Assembly: GCA_043754535.1 (NCBI GenBank) | Contig: JAYUUN010000105.1 | Span: 1-64,000, forward strand | DNA: 64,000 nucleotides | Direction: 5' to 3' | Source of the DNA: Chloroflexota bacterium | GTDB lineage: Bacteria > Chloroflexota > Chloroflexia > QHBQ01 | Shown here: piece after piece, positions 1 to 9,745 of the stretch | How the letters are laid out: each line of letters starts with the position of its first letter | How positions within the stretch are numbered: the first letter of the stretch is position 1 | Made by a program: the position numbers and the translations under genes | The notes under the pieces: generated by a model | Databases searched by the model: none | What the model saw: only the letters and a program-made list of their open reading frames with translations | Told to the model about the DNA's origin: nothing

Positions 1-2405
1 CCAGCCTTGAAGGTGCCGCGCAGCAGTGCCTTGCTGATTGGGGTCTCCAACTCCTTCTGCACCAGCCGCTTAAGCGGACGTGCGCCAAAGTCCTTGTCAT
101 AGCCGTTGGTAGCCAGGTACTCCTTCGCGCTGTCGCTCAGGGTGATGCTCAGGCCCATGTTGCCCGCCCGCTTCGCCAATTCCTGGGCCTGAATCTCCAC
201 GATCTGCTTGAGGTCGGCCAGGGTCAGGTTGCTGAAGACGATCACCTCGTCCACGCGGTTGAGGAACTCTGGGCGGAAGAAGCGGCGCAGGGCCTCGTCA
301 ATGTTCTTGCTAGCCTTGCGCTGGGCGGCTGCGTCGCGTTCCTCCTCGTTACTGGTGTTGCTGAAACCCGCCTTGCGGAAGCCAATTGGGTCGGCCTTTG
401 GCAGGAACTCGTTGCCAATGTTCGAGGTCATGATGATCAGGGTGTTGCGGAAGTCTACTGTGCGACCCTGCCCGTCAGTCAGGCGGCCATCGTCCAGCAC
501 CTGCAAGAGGCTGTTAAAGATTTCGGGGTGCGCCTTCTCAATCTCGTCGAAAAGGATCACCTGGTAGGGGCGACGGCGCACGGCCTCAGTTAGCTGCCCA
601 CCCTCGTCGTAGCCGACATAGCCGGGAGGCGAACCAATCAGCCGAGCGACGCTGTGCCGCTCGCCATACTCGCTCATGTCTACGCGCACCATCGCGCTCT
701 CGTCGTCGAACATGAAGGCGGCCAGTGCCTTTGCCAACTCTGTCTTGCCCACCCCAGTCGGGCCGAGGAAGATGAAGCTACCGATGGGGCGATCTGGGTC
801 CTTGAGGCCAGCGCGGGCGCGGCGGATCGCGTCGCTCACTGCTTCAACAGACTCGTGCTGCCCGATCACCCGCTGGTGCAGCGCGTCTTCCATATCGGCC
901 AGCTTTGCCATCTCGTCGGCCATCATGCGCTTGACCGGGATGCCAGTCCACTTGCCGACGATCTCGGCAATGTCCTCCTCATCCACCGTGTCATCCACAT
1001 GGTGTTCAGCGATCCACTCTCTCTTGGCCTCATCGTAGCGCAGTTGCAGCGCGTCATGCTCAGTCTTGAGCAAAGCAGCCTGCTGGTAGTCCTTCGCCTC
1101 ACCCGCCTGCTCCATCAGGGCGTTCAGTTCGCCCAGACGACCCGCCATCTCCTTTAGTTCGGGGCTGACACTAAAGAGATCGAGGCGCACCTTCGCCGAA
1201 GCCTCGTCCATCAAGTCAATCGCCTTATCAGGCAGGAAGCGGTCACTGATGTAGCGGTGGCTGAGGGTGACAGCAGCCTTGATCGCCTCATCGGTGATCG
1301 TCAGGCCGTGGTGATCCTCGTAAGCCTTACGTAGCCCCTTGAGGATTTCGATAGCATCTTCGGGGCTGGGTTCGTCCACGAAGACGGTGGCGAACCGACG
1401 CTCCAACGCAGCATCCTTCTCAATGTGCTTGCGATACTCATTGAGGGTGGTCGCGCCGATGCACTGAAGTTCGCCGCGCGCCAGGGCGGGCTTAAGCATC
1501 TGGCCTGCGTCCATCGCGCCCTCGGCAGCCCCCGCCCCAACGACAGTGTGTAGCTCGTCAATAAAGAGGATGATCTCCTTCTTGGCGCGCTTCACTTCCT
1601 CCATTACCCCCTTCAGTCGCTCCTCAAACTCGCCCCGAAACTTGCTACCTGCGATCAGAGCAGCCAGATCGAGCGAAACCACGCGCTTGCCTTGCAGTAT
1701 CTCCGGTACGTCACCGCTGGCAACCTTCTGGGCCAGCCCCTCTACGATAGCTGTCTTGCCCACGCCCGGTTCGCCGATCAGCACAGGATTGTTCTTGCTG
1801 CGGCGGGCCAGCACCTGCATCACGCGGCGAATCTCGTCGTCGCGGCCAATCACACGGTCGAGCTTGCCCCGGCGCGCGAGTTCGGTCAGGTCAACGCTGT
1901 AGCGTTCTAGCATCTGGTAGCGGCTCTCGGCCTGCGCGTCGGTTACACGCTGGTTGCCGCGCACGTCGCGTAGTGCCTTGTAAATCTTCTCCTGGTCAAT
2001 GCTGGCCTCGGCCAGGATGCGACTAGCCGCCCCCCCGCGCTCAGCAGCAATGGCGAGGAAAAGGTGTTCGGTGCTGATAAAGTCGTCACTCAGCCGCGAT
2101 GCCTCCTCTGCCGCCACTTCGAGCAACCGCTTGGCCCGCATGGTGATGTAGATTTGGGCCGCTTGCGAGGCGTAGGGTGTGGAGTAGGTGCGGGCGACCA
2201 GGTTCAGGGCTTCGTCAGCCTTGCGCTCCAAGGCCTGCGGGTCAGCATTCATTTTCTGCACCAGGCGTGGTACAACCCCCCCACGTTGGCGGAGCAAGGC
2301 GAGCAGGATGTGTTCGACATCCAACTGGCTGTGGTGCTTCTCCTGCAAGATAGCATGGGCCTGTTGCAGGGCTTCTTGAGCAAGGTCAGTGAATCGCTCA
2401 TTCAT
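1..2405 (-). CDS. clpC: ATP-dependent Clp protease ATP-binding subunit, ClpC-type; 3' end runs off the window
   Basis: Translated by hand from ATG 2405 ([17 protein letters not shown]...). Clp-N region, Walker A motifs GEPGVGKT and GPTGVGKT, and [20 protein letters not shown]. The short UVR-like middle domain ([10 protein letters not shown]) favours ClpC over ClpB. Confidence 0.88.
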   Translation of the reverse strand, partial: MNERFTDLAQEALQQAHAILQEKHHSQLDVEHILLALLRQRGGVVPRLVQKMNADPQALERKADEALNLVARTYSTPYASQAAQIYITMRAKRLLEVAAEEASRLSDDFISTEHLFLAIAAERGGAASRILAEASIDQEKIYKALRDVRGNQRVTDAQAESRYQMLERYSVDLTELARRGKLDRVIGRDDEIRRVMQVLARRSKNNPVLIGEPGVGKTAIVEGLAQKVASGDVPEILQGKRVVSLDLAALIAGSKFRGEFEERLKGVMEEVKRAKKEIILFIDELHTVVGAGAAEGAMDAGQMLKPALARGELQCIGATTLNEYRKHIEKDAALERRFATVFVDEPSPEDAIEILKGLRKAYEDHHGLTITDEAIKAAVTLSHRYISDRFLPDKAIDLMDEASAKVRLDLFSVSPELKEMAGRLGELNALMEQAGEAKDYQQAALLKTEHDALQLRYDEAKREWIAEHHVDDTVDEEDIAEIVGKWTGIPVKRMMADEMAKLADMEDALHQRVIGQHESVEAVSDAIRRARAGLKDPDRPIGSFIFLGPTGVGKTELAKALAAFMFDDESAMVRVDMSEYGERHSVARLIGSPPGYVGYDEGGQLTEAVRRRPYQVILFDEIEKAHPEIFNSLLQVLDDGRLTDGQGRTVDFRNTLIIMTSNIGNEFLPKADPIGFRKAGFSNTSNEEERDAAAQRKASKNIDEALRRFFRPEFLNRVDEVIVFSNLTLADLKQIVEIQAQELAKRAGNMGLSITLSDSAKEYLATNGYDKDFGARPLKRLVQKELETPISKALLRGTFKA

Positions 2406-2455
2406 TATAATTTGTTCCCCAATCTTTGTTCATGGATTGCTTGAAACGTGCTTAC

Positions 2456-2511
2456 CTTGATATTATAGCCCTCAAGCTGGCTGATAACTACTTGAGTAGC
2501 GTTAGACCAAA
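2456..2511. promoter_or_regulatory. Two HAIR-like (HspR operator) inverted repeats upstream of clpC, one overlapping a TATAAT -10 box
   Basis: CTTGATA-N7-CCTCAAG at 2456-2476 and the weaker CTTGAGT-N7-GACCAAA at 2491-2511, versus the HAIR consensus CTTGAGT-N7-ACTCAAG. Minus-strand TATAAT at 2467-2462. Confidence 0.7.
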
Positions 2512-2520
2512 AATCGCCTG

Positions 2521-2889
2521 TCACCGCTCGCCGCTGCTCAGCACACGGCTGATTGGCGGAGTGGGTGCGCCGATATTGCGGCGTAGCTGCTCTACTTCAG
2601 CCCGCATCTCGGCGATCTGCTCGCTCATGTTGATGATAATCTCGGCCCCTGCCAGGTTTACCCCCAGGTCGTTGATTAGCCGTTGCACGCGGCGCAGGCG
2701 GGCAATATCGAAGTCGCTGTAGAGGCGAATGTTGCTGCGTCGCTGGGGATTAACCAGGCCGACACGCTCGTACATCCGCAACGTCTGGGGGTGAACGCTG
2801 ACTAGCTGGGCAGCAATGCTAATGATGTAGCGGGGGGTACGGTCGCTCTGCTCCTCGACCTCGATGTAGCCACGTTCGCTGATCATCAT
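2521..2889 (-). CDS. hspR: MerR-family heat-shock repressor HspR
   Basis: YIISIAAQLVSVHPQTLRMYER...RLYS...DLGVNLAG signature; lies between dnaJ and clpC, with an ATGA overlap with dnaJ. Confidence 0.9.
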   Translation of the reverse strand: MMISERGYIEVEEQSDRTPRYIISIAAQLVSVHPQTLRMYERVGLVNPQRRSNIRLYSDFDIARLRRVQRLINDLGVNLAGAEIIINMSEQIAEMRAEVEQLRRNIGAPTPPISRVLSSGER

Positions 2890-3953
2890 AGCTGTACCTC
2901 CTGCTCGTCGCGGTAATCGCGTAGGGCAGCGAACTGCTCACGCTCGAACTCGCTGAGGCTGCTGGGCAACACTACATCCACCCGCGCCAGCAGGTCGCCC
3001 CGCCGTTCGCCACCGAGGGCGGGCATTCCTTGCCCACCCAGGCGCATGATCATCCCGTTCTGGGTTAGCGGCTTGATCGTCACCGCGATCTTCGACCCCT
3101 TGAGCGTGGTCAGGGTCACCTCGCCACCGAGCAGGGCGGTGTAGAGGTCCACTGGCAGGTTGAGGCGCAGATTGTCGCCCTCGCGCTCAAAGCGGCTGTG
3201 GGCCAGTACATTGACCACCAGGTAGAGGTCACCGTTGCTGCCCCCGTTGCGGCCCGCGCCACCCTGCCCCGCCAGCTTGATGCGGCTGCCACTCTGCACC
3301 CCTGCTGGTATTTTTACTTCCAGCTTCCTTACGCGCTTGACTTCGCCACTGCCGAGGCAGGTAGGGCAGCTATGCACTTCGCTGCGGCCCTTCACCACGT
3401 TGCGGACTGCGCCCTCACCACGACAGGTCTTGCATACCTCGCTGATCGCCAGTTGCATCTCGCGCTGGCCGCCGCCAAACGCCTCCTCCAGGGTGATCTC
3501 CACTGGCTGATCGAAGTCTTCTCCACGCTGCTGAAGGCTGCCGCTGCCGAAGCCTGGCCCATAACCAGCGTAGCCACCCCGTCCAGTGCTGCTGCGGCTA
3601 CCGCCTGCGGGGTTGCCATTGCGGAAGTAGTCAAACAGGCTGTCAAGCTCTGAGGGGTCAACTGTACCCCCGCCTGCCGCATGACTGCCACCCGCATAGC
3701 GGCTGTAGTCTACTGCTGGTTCACCAAAGTAGCCGCGACCGAGGGTATCGTACTTCTTGCGCTTCTCCGGGTCGGATAGCACCTCATAGGCTTCGTTGAT
3801 CTCCTTAAACTTCGCCTCTGCCGTCTTGTCTCCGGGGTTAACATCAGGATGATACTTGCGTGCCAGTTTGCGGTAGGCACTCTTGATCACCTTTTCGTCG
3901 GCGGTTTTCTCTACGCCGAGCAGCTTATAATAATCTTTGTATTCAACAGCCAT
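2886..3953 (-). CDS. dnaJ: DnaJ/CbpA-like co-chaperone
   Basis: J-domain with HPD, G/F-rich region, two CxxCxGxG motifs and a DnaJ C-terminal domain (GDLY). Confidence 0.9.
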   Translation of the reverse strand: MAVEYKDYYKLLGVEKTADEKVIKSAYRKLARKYHPDVNPGDKTAEAKFKEINEAYEVLSDPEKRKKYDTLGRGYFGEPAVDYSRYAGGSHAAGGGTVDPSELDSLFDYFRNGNPAGGSRSSTGRGGYAGYGPGFGSGSLQQRGEDFDQPVEITLEEAFGGGQREMQLAISEVCKTCRGEGAVRNVVKGRSEVHSCPTCLGSGEVKRVRKLEVKIPAGVQSGSRIKLAGQGGAGRNGGSNGDLYLVVNVLAHSRFEREGDNLRLNLPVDLYTALLGGEVTLTTLKGSKIAVTIKPLTQNGMIMRLGGQGMPALGGERRGDLLARVDVVLPSSLSEFEREQFAALRDYRDEQEVQL

Positions 3954-4005
3954 CTAAATTGCCTCTACCTTCTGCTGATCACCGCTAGCTCTTGCCTATG
4001 CAGAG

Positions 4006-4035
4006 ATCATAGCACTTGAGCGTATGGCTGTCAAG
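4006..4035 (-). promoter_or_regulatory. Sigma70-type promoter of dnaJ-hspR overlapped by a HAIR operator
   Basis: Minus strand TTGACA-17 bp-TATGAT; CTTGAGC-N7-TGTCAAG at 4015-4035 covers the -35 box. Confidence 0.8.
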
Positions 4036-4144
4036 GTCTAGGCGCATTAGAGGATGGTTTGAACCTGGCCTCAAGTAGCAACTAGCACATTGGCCTCGCA
4101 ATTGCTTGTAGTTAGCGAGCAACACGCACCAGGAGGCACTATCG

Positions 4145-4372
4145 ATGGAGAGTACCCCGAACAATCTGATCCCGCCGCTCAACCCCACCACTCAGCCCAG
4201 CAACGAGCAGGGGGAAGCTGCGCCCTTCGCTCTCGACACGATTTTCGACGAGCCGCAACCCACGCCCGACCCGACTGAAGATGCCCTGCCTCCACTCAAG
4301 CTGCCAGCCCAGGGCCAGCGACTCAGCCAGCCACAACTAGCACCCCAGCCTCCTCCAGACGAGGACTTCTAG
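4145..4372 (+). CDS. Small acidic Pro/Gln-rich hypothetical protein
   Basis: AGGAGG RBS upstream of the ATG; fills the gap between divergent dnaJ and the convergent GT2. Confidence 0.5.
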   Translation: MESTPNNLIPPLNPTTQPSNEQGEAAPFALDTIFDEPQPTPDPTEDALPPLKLPAQGQRLSQPQLAPQPPPDEDF

Positions 4373-5307
4373 CCCTTCAGGCGAAAGACCTGGCCGTACA
4401 CCCGCCAGCGTTGGCGCAGCTCCTGCTCGTCAAACTGACCGCGTATCTGCTTCTGCCAATCGGCTAGTGCGTTCCAGAGCATAGCAGTGCGGGTAAGCAG
4501 GCGGGCGGTGAGCCGGAAGGCGAGCGGCTCGTGCAGGCGATAGTAGCGCGCTCGGCTGCGGTGCAACTCTACGAACATCCGCCCTGGCTGCTGGCGGGTG
4601 CTTTGGCCCGCGAAGTGGATCAGGCGGGCAGCAGGCAGGCTGTAGACCTGCCAACCAGCGGCGCGAATACGCTGCTGCCAGTCCACCTCCTCTGCATACA
4701 TGAAGAAGCCTTCATCGAAACCGCCAGCCTGCTCAAAGGCGGCGCGGCGGATGCCCATCGCTGCGCCGAGGATGAAGTCGGGGCGGAAGGGTTGCTCGTA
4801 GCCAGCTACATCCTCGTTGTAGCGACCGTTCAGTGGGGTATTGGTCAGGCGGGGGAATAGTGGGAACAGATCGAGGGCTACCTGCACGAGGCTGGGGAAG
4901 CGGAACGCGCTGCGCTGCACACTGCCATCCGCGTTGAGCAGGCGGGGGCCAGCTATCCCCGCATCTGGCTGCGCATCCAGGAAGGCGGTAATCCCGCGCA
5001 AGGCCCCTGTTTGCACCAACGTGTCGCTGTTGAGTAGCAACAGGTGGCGACCGCCAGCGGCGCGCAGCCCAAGATTAGCGGCAGTGCCGTAGCCCCGGTT
5101 GCTGCCCGTCGTTATCACCCGCAGCGTAGGGTAGCTTTGGTGCAGAGCCGTCACGCTGTCGTCGGTCGAGTCGTTGTCTACTACGAGCAGTTCGGCAACG
5201 AGGCTGCTTTCACTCAAGTCGGCATAGATCGAGGCTACGCACTGGCGCAGCAGCAGGCTGGTGTTGTAGTTGACGATGATGATCGAGAGGTCTGCTATGC
5301 TTGTCAT
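4369..5307 (-). CDS. Glycosyltransferase family 2 (WbbL-like)
   Basis: SIIIVNYN, VVDNDSTD, LLLNSDT and GFDEGFFMYAEEVDW motifs. Confidence 0.9.
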   Translation of the reverse strand: MTSIADLSIIIVNYNTSLLLRQCVASIYADLSESSLVAELLVVDNDSTDDSVTALHQSYPTLRVITTGSNRGYGTAANLGLRAAGGRHLLLLNSDTLVQTGALRGITAFLDAQPDAGIAGPRLLNADGSVQRSAFRFPSLVQVALDLFPLFPRLTNTPLNGRYNEDVAGYEQPFRPDFILGAAMGIRRAAFEQAGGFDEGFFMYAEEVDWQQRIRAAGWQVYSLPAARLIHFAGQSTRQQPGRMFVELHRSRARYYRLHEPLAFRLTARLLTRTAMLWNALADWQKQIRGQFDEQELRQRWRVYGQVFRLKG

Positions 5308-5433
5308 TGGCCCACCATTGTGTTAGAGTATGGCTCAATCCTTGCGGCTGTCAGCCTATCTTAGCACAGCAGTTATAATCATTCAAGCCGGGATGCTGTT
5401 GGAAGTGGATCACCCGCGCAGAAGCAAGTTCTT

Positions 5434-6678
5434 ATGTACAAACAACGTAGAGTAGTGATCACTGGTCTGGGGGCGATCACCCCCCTGGGCAACTCGGTAG
5501 CGGCTTATTGGCAGGCTCTCCTGGCTGGGCGGTCAGGTATCGGTTACTATACCCGCTTCGACGCAAGCGGCTACCCAACGCGCATTGGCGGTGAGGTGCG
5601 CGACTTTGCGCCAGAGAGCTACATGACTGCGAAGGAGGTGAGCCGCAGCAGCCGCGTCACCCACTTTGCCATTGCCAGCGCGACTGATGCCTGGCGCGAT
5701 GCCTGTTTGCCAGCAGTGCTGGACGAGCCAGAGGATTACGGCGTGCTGCTGGGGGTGGGCAACGTCAGCTTCCCTGAAACGGAGGTGGCGGCCCGCACCC
5801 TGTTCGAGCGTGGCGGCCAACGCGTCTCCCCCCACTATGTTCCCGCCAGCCTGCCGAATATGCCAGGGGCGGCGGTGGCGACCCGCTTCGGCTTGCGTGG
5901 CTATCTCTCCACCGTGGCGGCGGCCTGCGCCACCGGCAACGTGGCGATTGGCGAAGCTGCCCATGTGATACGCAGGGGTGATGCCGCGGTGATGCTGACC
6001 GGCGGTTATGAGGCGGCGATCTGCTTGCTGGGCCAGGCTGCCTTCAACGCCCTCCACGCAATGAGCCAGCGCAACGACGAGCCAGAAGCCGCCAGCCGCC
6101 CCTTTGACCGCGAACGTGACGGCTTCGTAGCGGGCGAGGGTGGGGCAACCCTGGTGTTGGAGGAGATGGAACACGCAGTAGCTCGTGGTGCGCACATCTA
6201 CGCCGAGGTGCTGGGCTATGGGGCGACCGCCGACGCTTACCACCCGGTTGCACCTCGGCCCGACGGCGCGGGGGCGGCGGCGGCGATGCGGCGCGCCCTC
6301 AAGAGTGCCGGGGTTGCCCCAGAGGAAGTGGACTATATCAACGCGCATGGCACCAGCACGGTGCTAAACGATGTGAGCGAGACCAACGCGATCAAGCTCG
6401 TCTTTGGCGCACTCGCCCAGCGGATACCAATTAGCGCGACCAAATCCATGCTCGGCCACCTGCTCAGTGCGGCGGGGGCAGTGGAGGCGGTCGCCAGCGT
6501 GATGACCATCTGCGATGGCGTGATCCACCCAACGATCAACTATCACACCCCCGATCCTGCCTGCGACCTCGACTACGTGCCGAACGTGGCCCGCAGGCAG
6601 CGGGTACGTACTGTCCTCTCCAACTCGTTCGGCTTCGGCGGCCAGAACGCCTGCCTGGTGCTGCGCGCCTGGGACTGA
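5434..6678 (+). CDS. fabF: Beta-ketoacyl-ACP synthase II
   Basis: RRVVITGLG, AACATG (catalytic Cys), NAHGTST, KSMLGH, SNSFGFGG. Confidence 0.93.
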   Translation: MYKQRRVVITGLGAITPLGNSVAAYWQALLAGRSGIGYYTRFDASGYPTRIGGEVRDFAPESYMTAKEVSRSSRVTHFAIASATDAWRDACLPAVLDEPEDYGVLLGVGNVSFPETEVAARTLFERGGQRVSPHYVPASLPNMPGAAVATRFGLRGYLSTVAAACATGNVAIGEAAHVIRRGDAAVMLTGGYEAAICLLGQAAFNALHAMSQRNDEPEAASRPFDRERDGFVAGEGGATLVLEEMEHAVARGAHIYAEVLGYGATADAYHPVAPRPDGAGAAAAMRRALKSAGVAPEEVDYINAHGTSTVLNDVSETNAIKLVFGALAQRIPISATKSMLGHLLSAAGAVEAVASVMTICDGVIHPTINYHTPDPACDLDYVPNVARRQRVRTVLSNSFGFGGQNACLVLRAWD

Positions 6679-6819
6679 GCAGCGGGCTGGATTACGGTTT
6701 GCTGAGAAGTGCAGGTGGGGGTGGCTTGCCTCCCCCACATAGGTTATAATAGCCGTGTAAGGGCGCGTCTCTTTGCGCCCAGCATCCTTGTTCAAGATAA
6801 CCATGCAGAAGGCAGGCTA

Positions 6820-7950
6820 ATGCAAACTTTTGTCAATCGGGCATACATCAAGGCCAGGCTCCAGCTAGCCCGGCGGTTGCAGATCATCGGCTTCGTGATC
6901 CTTGGCGGCGCGTTCCTCCTCGCCTTCTTGCCTGGTGGTATCCTCGGCAGTGGTGCCGCAGCGACCAGCAGCGAGAGCGGCGCGGTAATCACAGGCACCC
7001 AGACGATCAGCAGCACGCTCAAGGCGGGCAGCGGTGTAGTCAGCAGCAGCCTACCCCTAACCAGCAGCGGGGTAGTCAGTGGCACAGCAGGTGGCACGGC
7101 AACTGCGCCCGCTACCTCTGGCCTCAGCCTGCTGATCTACTACATCGGGCTGATCGTTGGCTTCTTCGTAATGACCAGCGGGCAGTGGCTCAACCGCAAG
7201 TGGAAGGAGGAGCCGCACAAGAAGCTGGTAGCCGAATTGCACGACTTCAACAACCGCTATGTCTTCTACAACTACCTGCCCCTCAGCCGCGCCCTGGTGC
7301 TTGACCACATGATCGCCGGGCCAGGCGGCTTCCTGGTGATCCAGTTGCAGCAGGATTATGGCCGCATCATCTGCCGCAACAACCGTTGGCAACGGCGCGT
7401 GGGCTTTATTGACCGCATTGGCTCTATCGGCGCACCCGCCCTCGGCAACCCCACCCTTGCCCTCGACGCGCAGATCGTCAACCTGACTAACTTCCTCAAG
7501 GCCCAGGGGGTTGTCAACCCGACGGTCAAGGGGGCAATTGTCTTCAGCAACGACCGCGCGCAGATCGACATAGATGGCTGCAAGTACCCGGTCTTTGAAC
7601 ACATCTTCCTCAGCCGCTTCGTGCGCGAGAAGCTGTCGTTCAACGAAGGCGATCTCGCCCATGAGAGCGACGAGGAGCAGGTGTCTGCCCGCCCGCTTTC
7701 GATGACCGAGCGCACAAAGGTGAACAGCAGCCTGCTTGCGCTGATGGGTGAGGTGGAGGAGGTTGGCAAGCAGCAGGAGCCAGTCAAGGGGGCTGTCTCC
7801 AGCCGCACTCCCGTCCGCACTACCACCAGCCGCCCAACCGCCGTGCCACGCACAGCATCGCAGGCCCGCCAGGGGATCATGGAGACTGCTCGGCAGCGCG
7901 CCGAGGCCAATCGTGCTAAGGCTGATAAGGCCAAGAGTGGCGGCAAGTAG
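6820..7950 (+). CDS. Membrane protein with two TM segments and a NERD-like cytoplasmic domain
   Basis: Two hydrophobic helices separated by an S/T/G-rich loop; LDHMIAGPGGFLVIQ and GNP resemble NERD motifs. Start placed at ATG 6820. Confidence 0.6.
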   Translation: MQTFVNRAYIKARLQLARRLQIIGFVILGGAFLLAFLPGGILGSGAAATSSESGAVITGTQTISSTLKAGSGVVSSSLPLTSSGVVSGTAGGTATAPATSGLSLLIYYIGLIVGFFVMTSGQWLNRKWKEEPHKKLVAELHDFNNRYVFYNYLPLSRALVLDHMIAGPGGFLVIQLQQDYGRIICRNNRWQRRVGFIDRIGSIGAPALGNPTLALDAQIVNLTNFLKAQGVVNPTVKGAIVFSNDRAQIDIDGCKYPVFEHIFLSRFVREKLSFNEGDLAHESDEEQVSARPLSMTERTKVNSSLLALMGEVEEVGKQQEPVKGAVSSRTPVRTTTSRPTAVPRTASQARQGIMETARQRAEANRAKADKAKSGGK

Positions 7951-7964
7951 GTAGGAGCAGATGG

Positions 7965-9692
7965 ATGAAACGTGTACTGGCGGCCCTGGTAGTAGCCCTG
8001 GTAGCTGCGCTGCTTTTCTACGGCTATTACAGCCGCAGCGACCAGACGTGGCTACTTTGCCTGCTGGCTAGCTTCCCTGGTCTGCTCTACCTGGTCTGGC
8101 AGGGGATGCCCCGACCTAGTAGCGAGACCAATCGCACGTTGCAGCGGCTGGGCGGCACCCTGATTGCCTGCTTCATGCTGATCAGCGTCCACTTGCTCTA
8201 CCAGCAGGTAGTAGCTGCCCCCGCTATCCGCTTGAAGATCGGGAGCCAGGGGACGGATAACCCGATCAGCGACCCACGCCGGGCCGATGCCGAGTTGCGC
8301 GTGCGGCGTGGGCGCATCTTTGCTGCGGGCGGCCAGCCCATTGCGGACACCACAGTGCTGCCAGACGGCTACGTTGCCCGCAGCTACCCCAACTCGTATA
8401 CTGGCTACCTTGCTGGCTACTACAGCCCACTCCGTTTCGGCAACTTTGGTTTGGAGAACCTCTACGACGACTACCTGAGCGGGCGTAAGGGCAACAACCC
8501 CCTGCTCGAAGCAGAGAACAACCTGCTGCACCGCCCTACCTACGGCAGCGACCTTTATCTCACCCTGCAAGCGGATGTGCAGGAGGTGGCCCAGGATGCG
8601 CTGGCAGGCTGTGGCGGCCCACAAAGGGGAGTCTGTCGCGGGGCGGTTGTTGTTCTCGATGTGCAGACGGGTGCAGTACTGGCGATGGCAAGCAACCCGC
8701 GCTTTGACCCTAGCCAGATCGCCGCTGACCCAGCCAGCGACCCGAAGGCCGAGCGCGACCGCATTACTGCCTACTGGAACGGGCTGGTCAACGACCCCAG
8801 CAACCCCCTCGTCTTGCGGGCGACGGCGGGCCGTTACCCACCAGGCTCTACCTTCAAGACGGTCACGCTGGTTGCTGGCCTAGACACTGGCAAGTACACC
8901 CTCACCAGCCCCTTCACCGACCCAGGGCAGGTTAGCCTCAACAACCAAACGGTCTACGACTGCACTACCTGTCGGCCCGCTGGCACTGGCCCGCGCTACT
9001 CGCTAGTTGAGGGCTACAAGTGGTCGCTCAACGTCGTCTTCGCCACGATTGCCAATGACCTCGGCGCAGGTGAGATGGCGAAGTACATCAGCAGCTTCTA
9101 TATCAGCCGCGACTTGCGGGCCGATTTTGACCTAGCGACCAGCAGCCTGTGTAGCACCGCCGCGCCGACCGACATTCAGTGCATCCTCAGCGGCCCAGAG
9201 GCGAAGAACCTGAACGTCGCCAGCAGTTATGGGCAAGGGCAGCTGCAAGTCACTCCTCTACACATGGCCTTGATCGCGGCCACCGTTGGGCGCGGCGGCG
9301 AGTTGCCGCGCCCCTACCTGGTTGACCACATTAGCCAGCATCCCACCAGCGAGGGGCAGCCGGGTCGCGTGCTGCAAAAGACCAGCCCCCAAGTGCTGAC
9401 TCGCGTGATGACCCCGCAGACGGCATCGACAGCGCGGCAGGCGATGTACACCGGCGTGCAGAGCGGCTGGGCGAACGGCGCAGCGATCCCCGGCTGGGTA
9501 GTTGGCGGCAAGACTGGCACCGCCGAGACCGGGCGCGGCACCAACCACGCCTGGTTCATTGCGATCATGGGCAAGGACGCGGGCAGCCCCCAGTATGCGA
9601 TCTGTGCGATGATCGAGAACGGTGGCGAAGGTAGCTCCTACGCCATGCCGATTGCCAAAAGGGTGATGACTTATATCGCAGGGCGCAAGTAG
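7965..9692 (+). CDS. Class B penicillin-binding protein (PbpA-like transpeptidase)
   Basis: RRGRIF, SxxK (PGSTFK), SxN (SLN) and KTG motifs; N-terminal TM helices. Confidence 0.9.
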   Translation: MKRVLAALVVALVAALLFYGYYSRSDQTWLLCLLASFPGLLYLVWQGMPRPSSETNRTLQRLGGTLIACFMLISVHLLYQQVVAAPAIRLKIGSQGTDNPISDPRRADAELRVRRGRIFAAGGQPIADTTVLPDGYVARSYPNSYTGYLAGYYSPLRFGNFGLENLYDDYLSGRKGNNPLLEAENNLLHRPTYGSDLYLTLQADVQEVAQDALAGCGGPQRGVCRGAVVVLDVQTGAVLAMASNPRFDPSQIAADPASDPKAERDRITAYWNGLVNDPSNPLVLRATAGRYPPGSTFKTVTLVAGLDTGKYTLTSPFTDPGQVSLNNQTVYDCTTCRPAGTGPRYSLVEGYKWSLNVVFATIANDLGAGEMAKYISSFYISRDLRADFDLATSSLCSTAAPTDIQCILSGPEAKNLNVASSYGQGQLQVTPLHMALIAATVGRGGELPRPYLVDHISQHPTSEGQPGRVLQKTSPQVLTRVMTPQTASTARQAMYTGVQSGWANGAAIPGWVVGGKTGTAETGRGTNHAWFIAIMGKDAGSPQYAICAMIENGGEGSSYAMPIAKRVMTYIAGRK

Positions 9693-9745
9693 CAGCCGCC
9701 CAGTTTGGTATAATGACAGCCTATCTTAGCTTAGGAGCCAGCCCG

